A program made the position numbers and the translations under genes. 64,000 nt of DNA from an uncultured Gammaproteobacteria bacterium (GTDB taxonomy: Bacteria; Patescibacteriota; Microgenomatia; Levybacterales; GWA1-39-11), in contig CAYPEN010000003.1 in the NCBI GenBank assembly GCA_964409875.1, positions 557 to 64,556 of the forward strand, read 5' to 3'. Below are positions 8,185 to 16,062 of this stretch, piece by piece (within the stretch, counting starts at the first letter, position 1; every line of letters starts with the position of its first letter). The notes under the pieces are model-generated. The model did not search any database. It saw only the letters and a program-made list of their open reading frames with translations, and was not told the origin of the DNA.

Positions 8185-8517
8185 TCAGTAATCTCTTTTC
8201 TTATAAAAAACAAAAAGCAACACAAAAGAGATAAGTGAGATTATTATTAAAACGGTAATAACTGCGTATATAGTGGTTGGCGGAATTATTTGTGTTGCAG
8301 CTTGTTGAAATGAAATTTCATCAGTATTCACAACGACCGATCCACTCGCTATAGTCGCAGCTCGTTGCCGTATTTCTAAAGGATGCGTTGAGACCAGATA
8401 AATTACAGGGATTGTAATGGTTGCAAAGAAAAGAATGAGATATGGAATAAAAAAAGGTGAGGACAATGATTCCTGAAGTTTTTTTATAAAGGATTTACGT
8501 TTAATTTCTTTTACCAT
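8185..8517 (-). CDS. Small 2-TM hypothetical protein
   Basis: Two hydrophobic helices, EIRQRA after TM1, basic tail. Confidence 0.65.
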   Translation of the reverse strand: MVKEIKRKSFIKKLQESLSSPFFIPYLILFFATITIPVIYLVSTHPLEIRQRAATIASGSVVVNTDEISFQQAATQIIPPTTIYAVITVLIIISLISFVLLFVFYKKRDY

Positions 8518-8524
8518 AACCTCA

Positions 8525-9241
8525 TTATTTCACTAATTGTTTTAACTTTTCAATCTCCCGTCCTTCAAGTTCCCTATATTCTCCCTCTTTCAATCCTTCA
8601 AGTGTTAGGTTGCCAAATTTTATTCTTTGAAGATCGAGAAGAGTTAGTTTTAAAGCTTCACACATTCTTCTTACTTGACGTTTTTTTCCCTCATAAATTG
8701 TCAATTCAATAATTGTTGCATCTTTCCTCCTTTGAATAATTACAACTTTTGCCGGCGCAGTCACCCCATCTTCTAATTGAATTCCGTTTTCCAGCTGTTT
8801 AAGCTGTTCTTGGTTCACATTTCCTTTTATTGCCAGCTGATACGTTTTGGGGAGGTGGTATTTTGGATGTATAAGCATATTTGTCAGTTCACCATCGTTA
8901 GTCAAAATAAGTAGGCCATGTGTATTTCGGTCAAGTCTGCCGACAGGAAATATTCGCGTGTCTGTTTTTATTAGCGACACAACATTTTTTCTTCCGAATT
9001 CATCTGATGAGGTAGAAATGATGCCTCTGGGTTTATTGAGTAAATAGTATTCTTTTTTTGCTTTTTTCAGGCTTTGACCGTTCACTTTTATGTCGGCACG
9101 AATTGGTATTCGTTGACCATGCTCAGTAATTTTTATGCCATCGGCGGTCACTTTATGGCTCTTAATAAATTCCTCAACCCCCCTGCGGGAAGCAAGGCCA
9201 AGTGACGAAAGAAGTTTATCTGCACGGATTGTTTGTTTCAT
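8525..9241 (-). CDS. rRNA pseudouridine synthase (RluB/RsuA family)
   Basis: S4 domain, LNKPRG, VGRLD, EGKKRQVRRM. Confidence 0.93.
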   Translation of the reverse strand: MKQTIRADKLLSSLGLASRRGVEEFIKSHKVTADGIKITEHGQRIPIRADIKVNGQSLKKAKKEYYLLNKPRGIISTSSDEFGRKNVVSLIKTDTRIFPVGRLDRNTHGLLILTNDGELTNMLIHPKYHLPKTYQLAIKGNVNQEQLKQLENGIQLEDGVTAPAKVVIIQRRKDATIIELTIYEGKKRQVRRMCEALKLTLLDLQRIKFGNLTLEGLKEGEYRELEGREIEKLKQLVK

Positions 9242-9243
9242 AA

Positions 9244-10308
9244 TTAGCCTGTTATTTTATCAGCATAAGGTATTTTATGAACATAATAAGCCAGTCCGAA
9301 GGAAATGCCTGCGATAATTACGAACAATAGTGGGTCGAACAGGAAGTTTTTCAAAAGAATGCTTTCGTATTTTCCAATGAGCCCGTCAATTATATTGTCC
9401 CACAATAACGATTGGATGAGGACGTGAATAAAGAAGACAAAAAAAGATAGTTTTGACAATTCTATAAATAGACGACGGCGAAATTGGGTTTTTTCGAGAA
9501 GATAGAATAAGAGAGAGAAAAAATTCAACGTATAGAGATAATTCAAGGGACTATATTGATTATATATATATCGGGATGTATGCGCCTTTAATGTAATTGA
9601 TTGCACATGAAAGAAGATAAAAAATGGGAAGAGAAATAATGCTCCGGTAAATATGTATAAATACTTTTTTACAAAACCAAGAAGCCAATCTTTGTAGTGG
9701 CTTGCTACCATCCCCGTTATGAACATGGAAAAACTTAAGATTGCTATTCTTATGTCATACGAAAAATCCCATTGTTTGACATAGTAATCCTGAAATAGAA
9801 GTGCAAACTCCAATACCCAGATAAGAGAGAATACAATAGGATTTTTCAATATTTTTATTGCGAAGTGGAGGAAAGGGAATGCGAGATAAAAAAGTATAAG
9901 GGTTGGTATAAAGTAGAGATGATATGATGCATTCCCTAAAATAATTGACAAAAAAAACTTTGGGGTTAAAAGACTTTGTAGGGCAAAACCACTATTTACT
10001 ATAAAGTAAAGACAGGTCCAGAACAAATAAGGGATGATTATGCGGGAGGCTCTTTTTTTGAAAAAAATCATATAAGATAGTCCGTCTTTGTTATTAAGTT
10101 CCAGAACAAAACCTGATATGAGAAAGAAAAGAGGGACTGCAAACCGTGCACTTTGGTTAATAAATAGCGAAAATGGCGCTAGGGTAATATCTAGGTGTAG
10201 TGTTGCAAGAGTCTTTGTTGTGACGTGGATGAGAATTACGGCTAGTATAGCAATAACCCTTAATGCGTCGATAGAGAAAAGATAAGTGCGTTTATTTGAA
10301 TGGTCCAT
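9244..10308 (-). CDS. Acyltransferase_3 family O-acetyltransferase
   Basis: IDALRVIAILAVILIH, RFAVPLFFLISG, YHLYFI; ATG 10308 in a TAATG overlap. Confidence 0.9.
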   Translation of the reverse strand: MDHSNKRTYLFSIDALRVIAILAVILIHVTTKTLATLHLDITLAPFSLFINQSARFAVPLFFLISGFVLELNNKDGLSYMIFFKKRASRIIIPYLFWTCLYFIVNSGFALQSLLTPKFFLSIILGNASYHLYFIPTLILFYLAFPFLHFAIKILKNPIVFSLIWVLEFALLFQDYYVKQWDFSYDIRIAILSFSMFITGMVASHYKDWLLGFVKKYLYIFTGALFLFPFFIFFHVQSITLKAHTSRYIYNQYSPLNYLYTLNFFSLLFYLLEKTQFRRRLFIELSKLSFFVFFIHVLIQSLLWDNIIDGLIGKYESILLKNFLFDPLLFVIIAGISFGLAYYVHKIPYADKITG

Positions 10309-10456
10309 TACATCCCCGTCTGTTTTCGAAAAGTAAGCAAAGCTTGCTTTTCGAAATATTAACAATATGTTTACTTATTTTTGGAAAGTAAGCAAAGCTT
10401 GCTTTCCAATATCTACTATATGCCTACTTGTTTTCGAAAAGTGAGCCAAAGTTTGC
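10308..10456. repeat. Three diverged copies of a gene 3' end separated by two TAAGC-AAA-GCTTG hairpins
   Basis: Hairpins 10324-10356 (15 bp) and 10381-10409 (13 bp); period about 54 nt. Confidence 0.85.
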
Positions 10457-10790
10457 CCCAAAATGATGCCTTTTCCATTTTTTTATCCAACTGCCGGAGT
10501 TTCTCAATTTTTTTGTTATATTTTTCTTTCTTCTTATAATCTCTTGTACCGGGGAATGGTGGGTCAATCCACGCAGATAGTACTACCCATTCACCCAAAT
10601 CATTTTTTTTCCCGACTGCCGTTATAACACGTTCATTATGGTGCTTTATAAATTCGGTAGTGTATTTTTCTTTTCCCGCAGACGTCCTATCGGGTTGTCT
10701 TACCGCTTGCCATACCAAATCACCCGGAATTCCCCTTTGTTTCATTCTCTCAATTGCATGGTTTGTAAAGACGACATCATTGATTTTCAT
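10416..10790 (-). CDS. DUF4258-domain protein
   Basis: FTNHAIERMKQRGI motif; ATG 6 nt after TATAAT. Confidence 0.8.
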   Translation of the reverse strand: MKINDVVFTNHAIERMKQRGIPGDLVWQAVRQPDRTSAGKEKYTTEFIKHHNERVITAVGKKNDLGEWVVLSAWIDPPFPGTRDYKKKEKYNKKIEKLRQLDKKMEKASFWGKLWLTFRKQVGI

Positions 10791-10896
10791 AAATCTATTA
10801 TATCTGCCTTTGCAGTTAAGCTCAAGTAAGCCCATTTGCATTCCAGATTTCAAATGGTATACAATGGGTGAACTTTTGAGGTAATACTTTTAAATT

Positions 10897-11760
10897 ATGG
10901 TGCAAGATAAGTATTCGGCAGTTTGGGTATCACACACTTCGATATGCGATTTTTTAAATTGTCCACGGGCCTATTATTTGAAACATGTTTATAAAGATCC
11001 CAAAACAAATCATAAAATAAAACTTATGTCGCCGCCTTTAGCACTAGGTCAGGCGGTTCATGAGGTTATAGAGAATCTTTCGATACTTCCTGTGGATGAA
11101 CGATTCAATGAGCCTCTCATTACAAAATTTGAGCAAACATGGAAAAAAGTTTCTGGTAAAAGAGGCGGATTTATAAGTAATGAGGTAGAGCAGCGGTATA
11201 GGGCGCGGGGTGAAGAAATGTTAAGACGTGTAACAGACAATCCGGGTCCCATTGCAAAACAAGCAGTAAAGATTAAGATGGACCTCCCAAATTATTGGTT
11301 GTCAGAGGAAGAAAATATTATTCTATGCGGGAAGATTGATTGGCTAGAATACCTGCCGATAACAGATGCAGTTCATATTATCGACTTTAAAACGGGGAAA
11401 AATGATGAAGACGGAGATTCCCTACAATTACCTATTTATCTTCTCTTAGTTAGCAACTGCCAAAGTAGAAAAGTCGAAAAGGCAAGTTATTGGTATCTTG
11501 ATCGTAATGATGAATTGACACCATGTGACTTACCCAATGAGGAGGAGGCAAACAAAAAAATTCTTGAAGTTGCCAGAAAGATTAAATTAGCACGTGCGCT
11601 TGAGAAATATTCGTGCAAGATGGGGAGTGGGTGTTCTCACTGCAAATCCTACGAAGCGATTCTTCGAGGAGAGGCAGAATTAGTCGGAACTGATGAATAT
11701 AATGCAGATGTTTATATATTGGGTGGAGAGTCCGCAGAGACCGGAAGCGTTATCCTCTGA
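10897..11760 (+). CDS. PD-(D/E)XK nuclease, RecB/AddB/Cas4-like, with Fe-S-type cysteines
   Basis: CPRAYY, GQAVH, GKID..IIDFKTG, QLPIY, C-terminal C..CxxC. Confidence 0.88.
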   Translation: MVQDKYSAVWVSHTSICDFLNCPRAYYLKHVYKDPKTNHKIKLMSPPLALGQAVHEVIENLSILPVDERFNEPLITKFEQTWKKVSGKRGGFISNEVEQRYRARGEEMLRRVTDNPGPIAKQAVKIKMDLPNYWLSEEENIILCGKIDWLEYLPITDAVHIIDFKTGKNDEDGDSLQLPIYLLLVSNCQSRKVEKASYWYLDRNDELTPCDLPNEEEANKKILEVARKIKLARALEKYSCKMGSGCSHCKSYEAILRGEAELVGTDEYNADVYILGGESAETGSVIL

Positions 11761-11813
11761 ATTGTTTTTTTTGTATTTTCAATTAAAATATAACTTGAGC
11801 TCATTTTCTTATT

Positions 11814-12701
11814 ATGCCAAAAAGGAGAGGAAGACCTCGTAAAAATAAAAATTCAAAGCATAGCCTCGCAACGGTGTTTATTTTGCTTCTGGTATTAGGT
11901 TCTTTTTCCTTTGGGGTTTTTCTCGGTTTTAAAAAAAGGGTTGTAGCTAAAAATATCATGCATGAAAGTAAGCAGGCGGCTTCCAAGATGTTTAATGTAC
12001 AACCTGTTCTACCAACGGCAAGCATTAATGTGCCAATCCTTGTATATCACTATGTGGAGTTTGTAAAGGATTCAAAAGACACAATTAGAAAGTCGCTAGA
12101 TATCATTCCCCCAATATTTGAAGCACAAATCAAGACGCTCAAGGATTTCGGCTACAATTTTATAACAGCATCAGAATTAGGTCAGTACTTAGACGGAAAA
12201 AAACAACTTCCTCAACGGCCCGTAATTCTGACGTTTGATGACGGGTATGCTGATTTTTACACCGATGTATTCCCTATTCTCAAAAAGTACAACGTTGCAG
12301 CAACAGAGTATGTGGTTTCGGGATTTTTAGACACGCCAAATTATATGACAACAGAGCAGGTAAAAGAAATTGCCCAGAGCGGTCTGGTTGAGATAGGAGC
12401 ACATACTGTTCACCACTTAAATTTGAAATCATTGCCACTTGAACATGCAAAGAAAGAAATTGAACAAAGTAAAGAAGATTTAGAGCAGCTGCTTGGAATA
12501 AAAGTTGTTTCTTTCGCTTATCCATACGGTGGGTTCAACGAACACCTTGCCGAGTTAGTAAAGAATGCGGGGTTTACAACTGGAGTTACGACAAAGGGGG
12601 GGAGCATTGTTAATCAAGAAAACAAATTCACTTTGTTTCGGGTTCATCCTGGGGCTTCGGTAGGAGAAAGCCTTATTCATGAGCTTGGGGCAAAATATTG
12701 A
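11814..12701 (+). CDS. Membrane-anchored polysaccharide deacetylase (NodB/IcaB-like)
   Basis: ILVYH, LTFDDG, GAHTVHH, FAYPYG. Confidence 0.92.
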   Translation: MPKRRGRPRKNKNSKHSLATVFILLLVLGSFSFGVFLGFKKRVVAKNIMHESKQAASKMFNVQPVLPTASINVPILVYHYVEFVKDSKDTIRKSLDIIPPIFEAQIKTLKDFGYNFITASELGQYLDGKKQLPQRPVILTFDDGYADFYTDVFPILKKYNVAATEYVVSGFLDTPNYMTTEQVKEIAQSGLVEIGAHTVHHLNLKSLPLEHAKKEIEQSKEDLEQLLGIKVVSFAYPYGGFNEHLAELVKNAGFTTGVTTKGGSIVNQENKFTLFRVHPGASVGESLIHELGAKY

Positions 12702-12732
12702 CAAGACAAGTAATTCATTCTAAAGTGTATGT

Positions 12733-12918
12733 ATGAAGAGAAAAAAGTCCACAAAATCGTCAAGAAGAAAGTCAGATCTTTCCACCTCAAAAATTATGTT
12801 CTTGAGTATTATTCTTCTTTTTATAGTTTTTGAGGCTTTGTATATTGTAAAGGGACAAAATCAGCTTGCGAACAGTAACTCCGTACGCCAGGTGGCAGGA
12901 GTGAACACCTCAAAGTAG
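12733..12918 (+). CDS. Small single-TM protein
   Basis: Basic N-terminus, one TM, VAG tail. Confidence 0.55.
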   Translation: MKRKKSTKSSRRKSDLSTSKIMFLSIILLFIVFEALYIVKGQNQLANSNSVRQVAGVNTSK

Positions 12919-12985
12919 GTTTTCATCTAGCAAATTCCATTGATTAATTTGGGAAAATCCGTATAATTTATTAGACGTTTTTTGT

Positions 12986-13177
12986 ATGAATCGCTTAAAG
13001 AAAGAAATTAGCTTGCTGCTTTTAAGAGCCAGTATACTCAAGGATTTATTTGGGTTTCTTTTTACTCATAAGCTATGGTGGGCAACCCCGTTGATTCTTT
13101 TATCAGTTGTTTTCATCATAATTTTCCTTTTCGGGCAGACAACAGGAGTTGGACCATTTATTTACCCCTTCTTTTAA
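12986..13177 (+). CDS. DUF5989 (SxtK-like) small membrane protein
   Basis: KLWWATP..PFIYPFF; upstream of a carbamoyltransferase. Confidence 0.8.
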   Translation: MNRLKKEISLLLLRASILKDLFGFLFTHKLWWATPLILLSVVFIIIFLFGQTTGVGPFIYPFF

Positions 13178-13408
13178 ATGAAAAATGCATGGCAGAGATG
13201 GATGAGAATATCTAAAAAGGTAGTAGGTGTGCAAGCGACTATTGTTTTTGGGATTATTTTCTTGGTAATTATAACCCCCCTTTCATTGTTCTTAAAGCTT
13301 GTGAATAAGAACGTGTTTTTAGGAAGCGGCTACTCAAAAAGAGAAAATTCATTCTGGAGCAAAATGCCGAGAAAGACATACGACTTAAATTCTGCCCACA
13401 AACAATAA
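13178..13408 (+). CDS. SxtJ-like membrane protein
   Basis: W.RWM..IFLVIITPL..SFW..KQ. Confidence 0.75.
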   Translation: MKNAWQRWMRISKKVVGVQATIVFGIIFLVIITPLSLFLKLVNKNVFLGSGYSKRENSFWSKMPRKTYDLNSAHKQ

Positions 13409-13412
13409 TTGC

Positions 13413-15116
13413 ATGTATATATTAGGCATTTCGTGTTATTTCCACGACAGCGCTGCGGTTCTTATCCGTGATGGCGAGGTTATTGCAGCAGCTCAAGAGG
13501 AGCGTTTTACCCGGGAAAAGCATGATTTTTCCTTTCCGCAAAAATCAATTGAGTTTTGTCTTAAGAAAGAGGGAATCACAGAGCAAGACCTCTCGTATGT
13601 CGTTTTTTACGAAAAACCATTCTTGAAATTTGAACGGATTTTCCTCAACGCGCTTGAATATGCTCCGTTATCCCTTAAATTTTACACGGAGTCGATGAAA
13701 AAATGGTTCTTTGAACATACATGGATAAAAACCCACATCGTTTCGTCTCTTAAAATTAATCCCTCAAAAGTTCTTTTCTCCGAGCACCATCTCTCGCATG
13801 CTGCAAGCGCTTATTATGTTTCACCTTATGAGAAGGCTGCGGTTTTGACACTGGATGGTGTTGGGGAGTGGACTACTGCAGCATGGGGTGTCGGGAATGG
13901 TTCGGATATCACACTCAAAGAGGAAATCCGTTTTCCGCATTCATTGGGTTTACTCTATAGTGCGTTTACGTACTTTTGCGGGTATGAGGTAAATGATGGT
14001 GAGTATAAATTGATGGGTCTTGCTCCCTATGGAAAACCCATATATGAAGAAAAGATAAGAAAACTTTTAAAATTTAAGGATGATGGAAGTTTTCAGATAG
14101 ACACATCATATTTCTCTTACCCATATTCTCTAGCAGGAGTTTACACCAAAAAATTTGAGGAGCTTTTTGGAAAACCAAATAAAACCCCCGATGAAATTGT
14201 TCCATACTACGCAGATATCGCGGCAAGTATTCAGAAGGTTCTAGAGGATATTGTCATTGATATCGCAAAATATGTCAGGAAAAAAAGTGGGTGTTCGTAT
14301 TTGTGTTTTGCCGGAGGGGTTGCTTTTAATAGTGTTGCAAATTACAAAGTTCTTCTGAAAGCCGGTTTTAAAGACGTGTATATCCAGCCGGCAGCGGGTG
14401 ATGCAGGCGGAGCTTTGGGGGCAGCAATGTGGGCATACTATGCAGTTCTCAAAAATAAAAAAAGACATGTTATGAATAACGCCTATTTAGGGGATGAAGA
14501 AAGTGAAGAGGTAATTATACAGACATTAAAAAAATTGAATGCACGATATACAAAAGTAAGTGACGAAAAATTGGTTGAACAAATTTCCGATAAATTGGCA
14601 AATAAAAAAGTAATCGGTTGGGTGCAGGGTAGATTTGAATGGGGTCCTAGATCCTTAGGCAACAGAAGCATCCTTGCCGATCCGAGGAGTTATGAGATGA
14701 AAGGAATTGTTAATAGCAAGATTAAGTTTAGGGAAGCTTTTAGGCCTTTCGCACCTTCTCTGCCTATGGAAAAAGCAACAAAATATTTCGACACTAAAAA
14801 AGAGCAGAGTTATCCATTCCGCTTTATGCTATATGTGGCGCCTGTAAAAAATGATAAGCGAAAGGAGTTGGGAGCAGTTACTCATGAAGATGGTACAGCG
14901 CGGCCGCAATTTGTCGATAAAAAAATCAATCCATTGTATCACAACCTCATTTCCGGGTTCGGTAAAAAAACAGGCACATCGGTTATCCTCAACACATCGT
15001 TTAATCTGAGAGGGGAGCCCATTGTTAATACGACTGAAGAAGCATATGCAACTTTTATGAAAAGCGGAATCGATACGCTCGTTGTTAAAAATTATATTAT
15101 CGAAAAAAGAAAATAG
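13413..15116 (+). CDS. Carbamoyltransferase (NodU/CmcH/SxtI family)
   Basis: HDSAA, EERFTREKH, EHHLSHA, EYKLMGLAPYG, GPRSLGNRS, NTSFN. Confidence 0.95.
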   Translation: MYILGISCYFHDSAAVLIRDGEVIAAAQEERFTREKHDFSFPQKSIEFCLKKEGITEQDLSYVVFYEKPFLKFERIFLNALEYAPLSLKFYTESMKKWFFEHTWIKTHIVSSLKINPSKVLFSEHHLSHAASAYYVSPYEKAAVLTLDGVGEWTTAAWGVGNGSDITLKEEIRFPHSLGLLYSAFTYFCGYEVNDGEYKLMGLAPYGKPIYEEKIRKLLKFKDDGSFQIDTSYFSYPYSLAGVYTKKFEELFGKPNKTPDEIVPYYADIAASIQKVLEDIVIDIAKYVRKKSGCSYLCFAGGVAFNSVANYKVLLKAGFKDVYIQPAAGDAGGALGAAMWAYYAVLKNKKRHVMNNAYLGDEESEEVIIQTLKKLNARYTKVSDEKLVEQISDKLANKKVIGWVQGRFEWGPRSLGNRSILADPRSYEMKGIVNSKIKFREAFRPFAPSLPMEKATKYFDTKKEQSYPFRFMLYVAPVKNDKRKELGAVTHEDGTARPQFVDKKINPLYHNLISGFGKKTGTSVILNTSFNLRGEPIVNTTEEAYATFMKSGIDTLVVKNYIIEKRK

Positions 15117-15121
15117 TTAAA

Positions 15122-15718
15122 TTAGTCTGCTTTTGAGTAGACAACTGTCCTTTCAGTGTACATTTTTTTATTTTTGTCCCATACACCACCGCACGTTATA
15201 AGATTCAGTCTTTTTTCTTGTATTGTTTTGTCAAAAATTATATTAAGAGGAATACTTTCGACAGGATATGTTTCTACTTTTTCAACAAAAAAAGTAAGTT
15301 TATTCCCGCTCTCCGTTTTTATTTCAATAATATCGCCTTTCGTAAGTTTTCCGATGTTTGCAAAAACTGCAGGCAAGCCTGTTGGTGTATCCACGTGTCC
15401 GTCAATTACCGCGCTTCCCATTTCTCCAGGTTTTGGGCCAAGGCTATACCAGGCAGTATTCATGTAGTCTTTTGGAACATCCATATTTCCCTTTTCATCT
15501 ACGGTCACTGCTTCAATTTGCGCATTTACTCCCCATTTTGGAATTCGTATTTGAATGGGGCGTGATACTTGTGGGATAGGACTAGCAATTTTCGACGAAT
15601 GAGGGGTAATTTTTTGTATGCGTGCCTCTTTTAAAGGATGTTGTAATCCAGGAAGTGTAATATATGCTAATATTATTCCTGAGATTATTGCTACAATTAC
15701 AATTACCCCTCTTTTCAT
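15122..15718 (-). CDS. Class F sortase
   Basis: PGEMGSAVIDGHVD, LNLITCGG, ERTVV. Confidence 0.92.
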   Translation of the reverse strand: MKRGVIVIVAIISGIILAYITLPGLQHPLKEARIQKITPHSSKIASPIPQVSRPIQIRIPKWGVNAQIEAVTVDEKGNMDVPKDYMNTAWYSLGPKPGEMGSAVIDGHVDTPTGLPAVFANIGKLTKGDIIEIKTESGNKLTFFVEKVETYPVESIPLNIIFDKTIQEKRLNLITCGGVWDKNKKMYTERTVVYSKAD

Positions 15719-15727
15719 GTATTAAAT

Positions 15728-15913
15728 TTAGTAACCAAAACCGGTATTTGGTGCACCCGGCGTTGTGTTTGTGTTGCCCGTATTATTCTGAGTAGCACTA
15801 GTCGTTGGGCTTGGGCTTGGAGTGGTTGTGCTCGTTTGAGCCATCACTATATTTGCTGTTACTGCAAAAGCCACAGCTAAAGCGACAAACGATATAAGAA
15901 AAGTTTTTATCAT
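15728..15913 (-). CDS. Small secreted Thr/Ser/Pro-rich protein ending APNTGFGY (putative sortase F substrate)
   Basis: Strong SD GGAGGTGA, signal peptide, PNTG motif; directly upstream of the sortase. Confidence 0.75.
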   Translation of the reverse strand: MIKTFLISFVALAVAFAVTANIVMAQTSTTTPSPSPTTSATQNNTGNTNTTPGAPNTGFGY

Positions 15914-16062
15914 AGTCTCACCTCCTTCCATGTTGATATAAGAGTAATGAATAAGTTTATATTTTGGGGTAGAGTGAAATAATAATTTTGTAAGCAATAA
16001 ATTCTGCTTTGTGTATTTTAATATCCTTGAACATTGAGGCTTGTTAAGCTACAATTGAAGCT

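Noticed and set aside
10308-10456. CRISPR array
   Set aside because: Only two hairpin units, the intervening sequences are copies of the host gene end rather than unique spacers, and there is no cas1/cas2.
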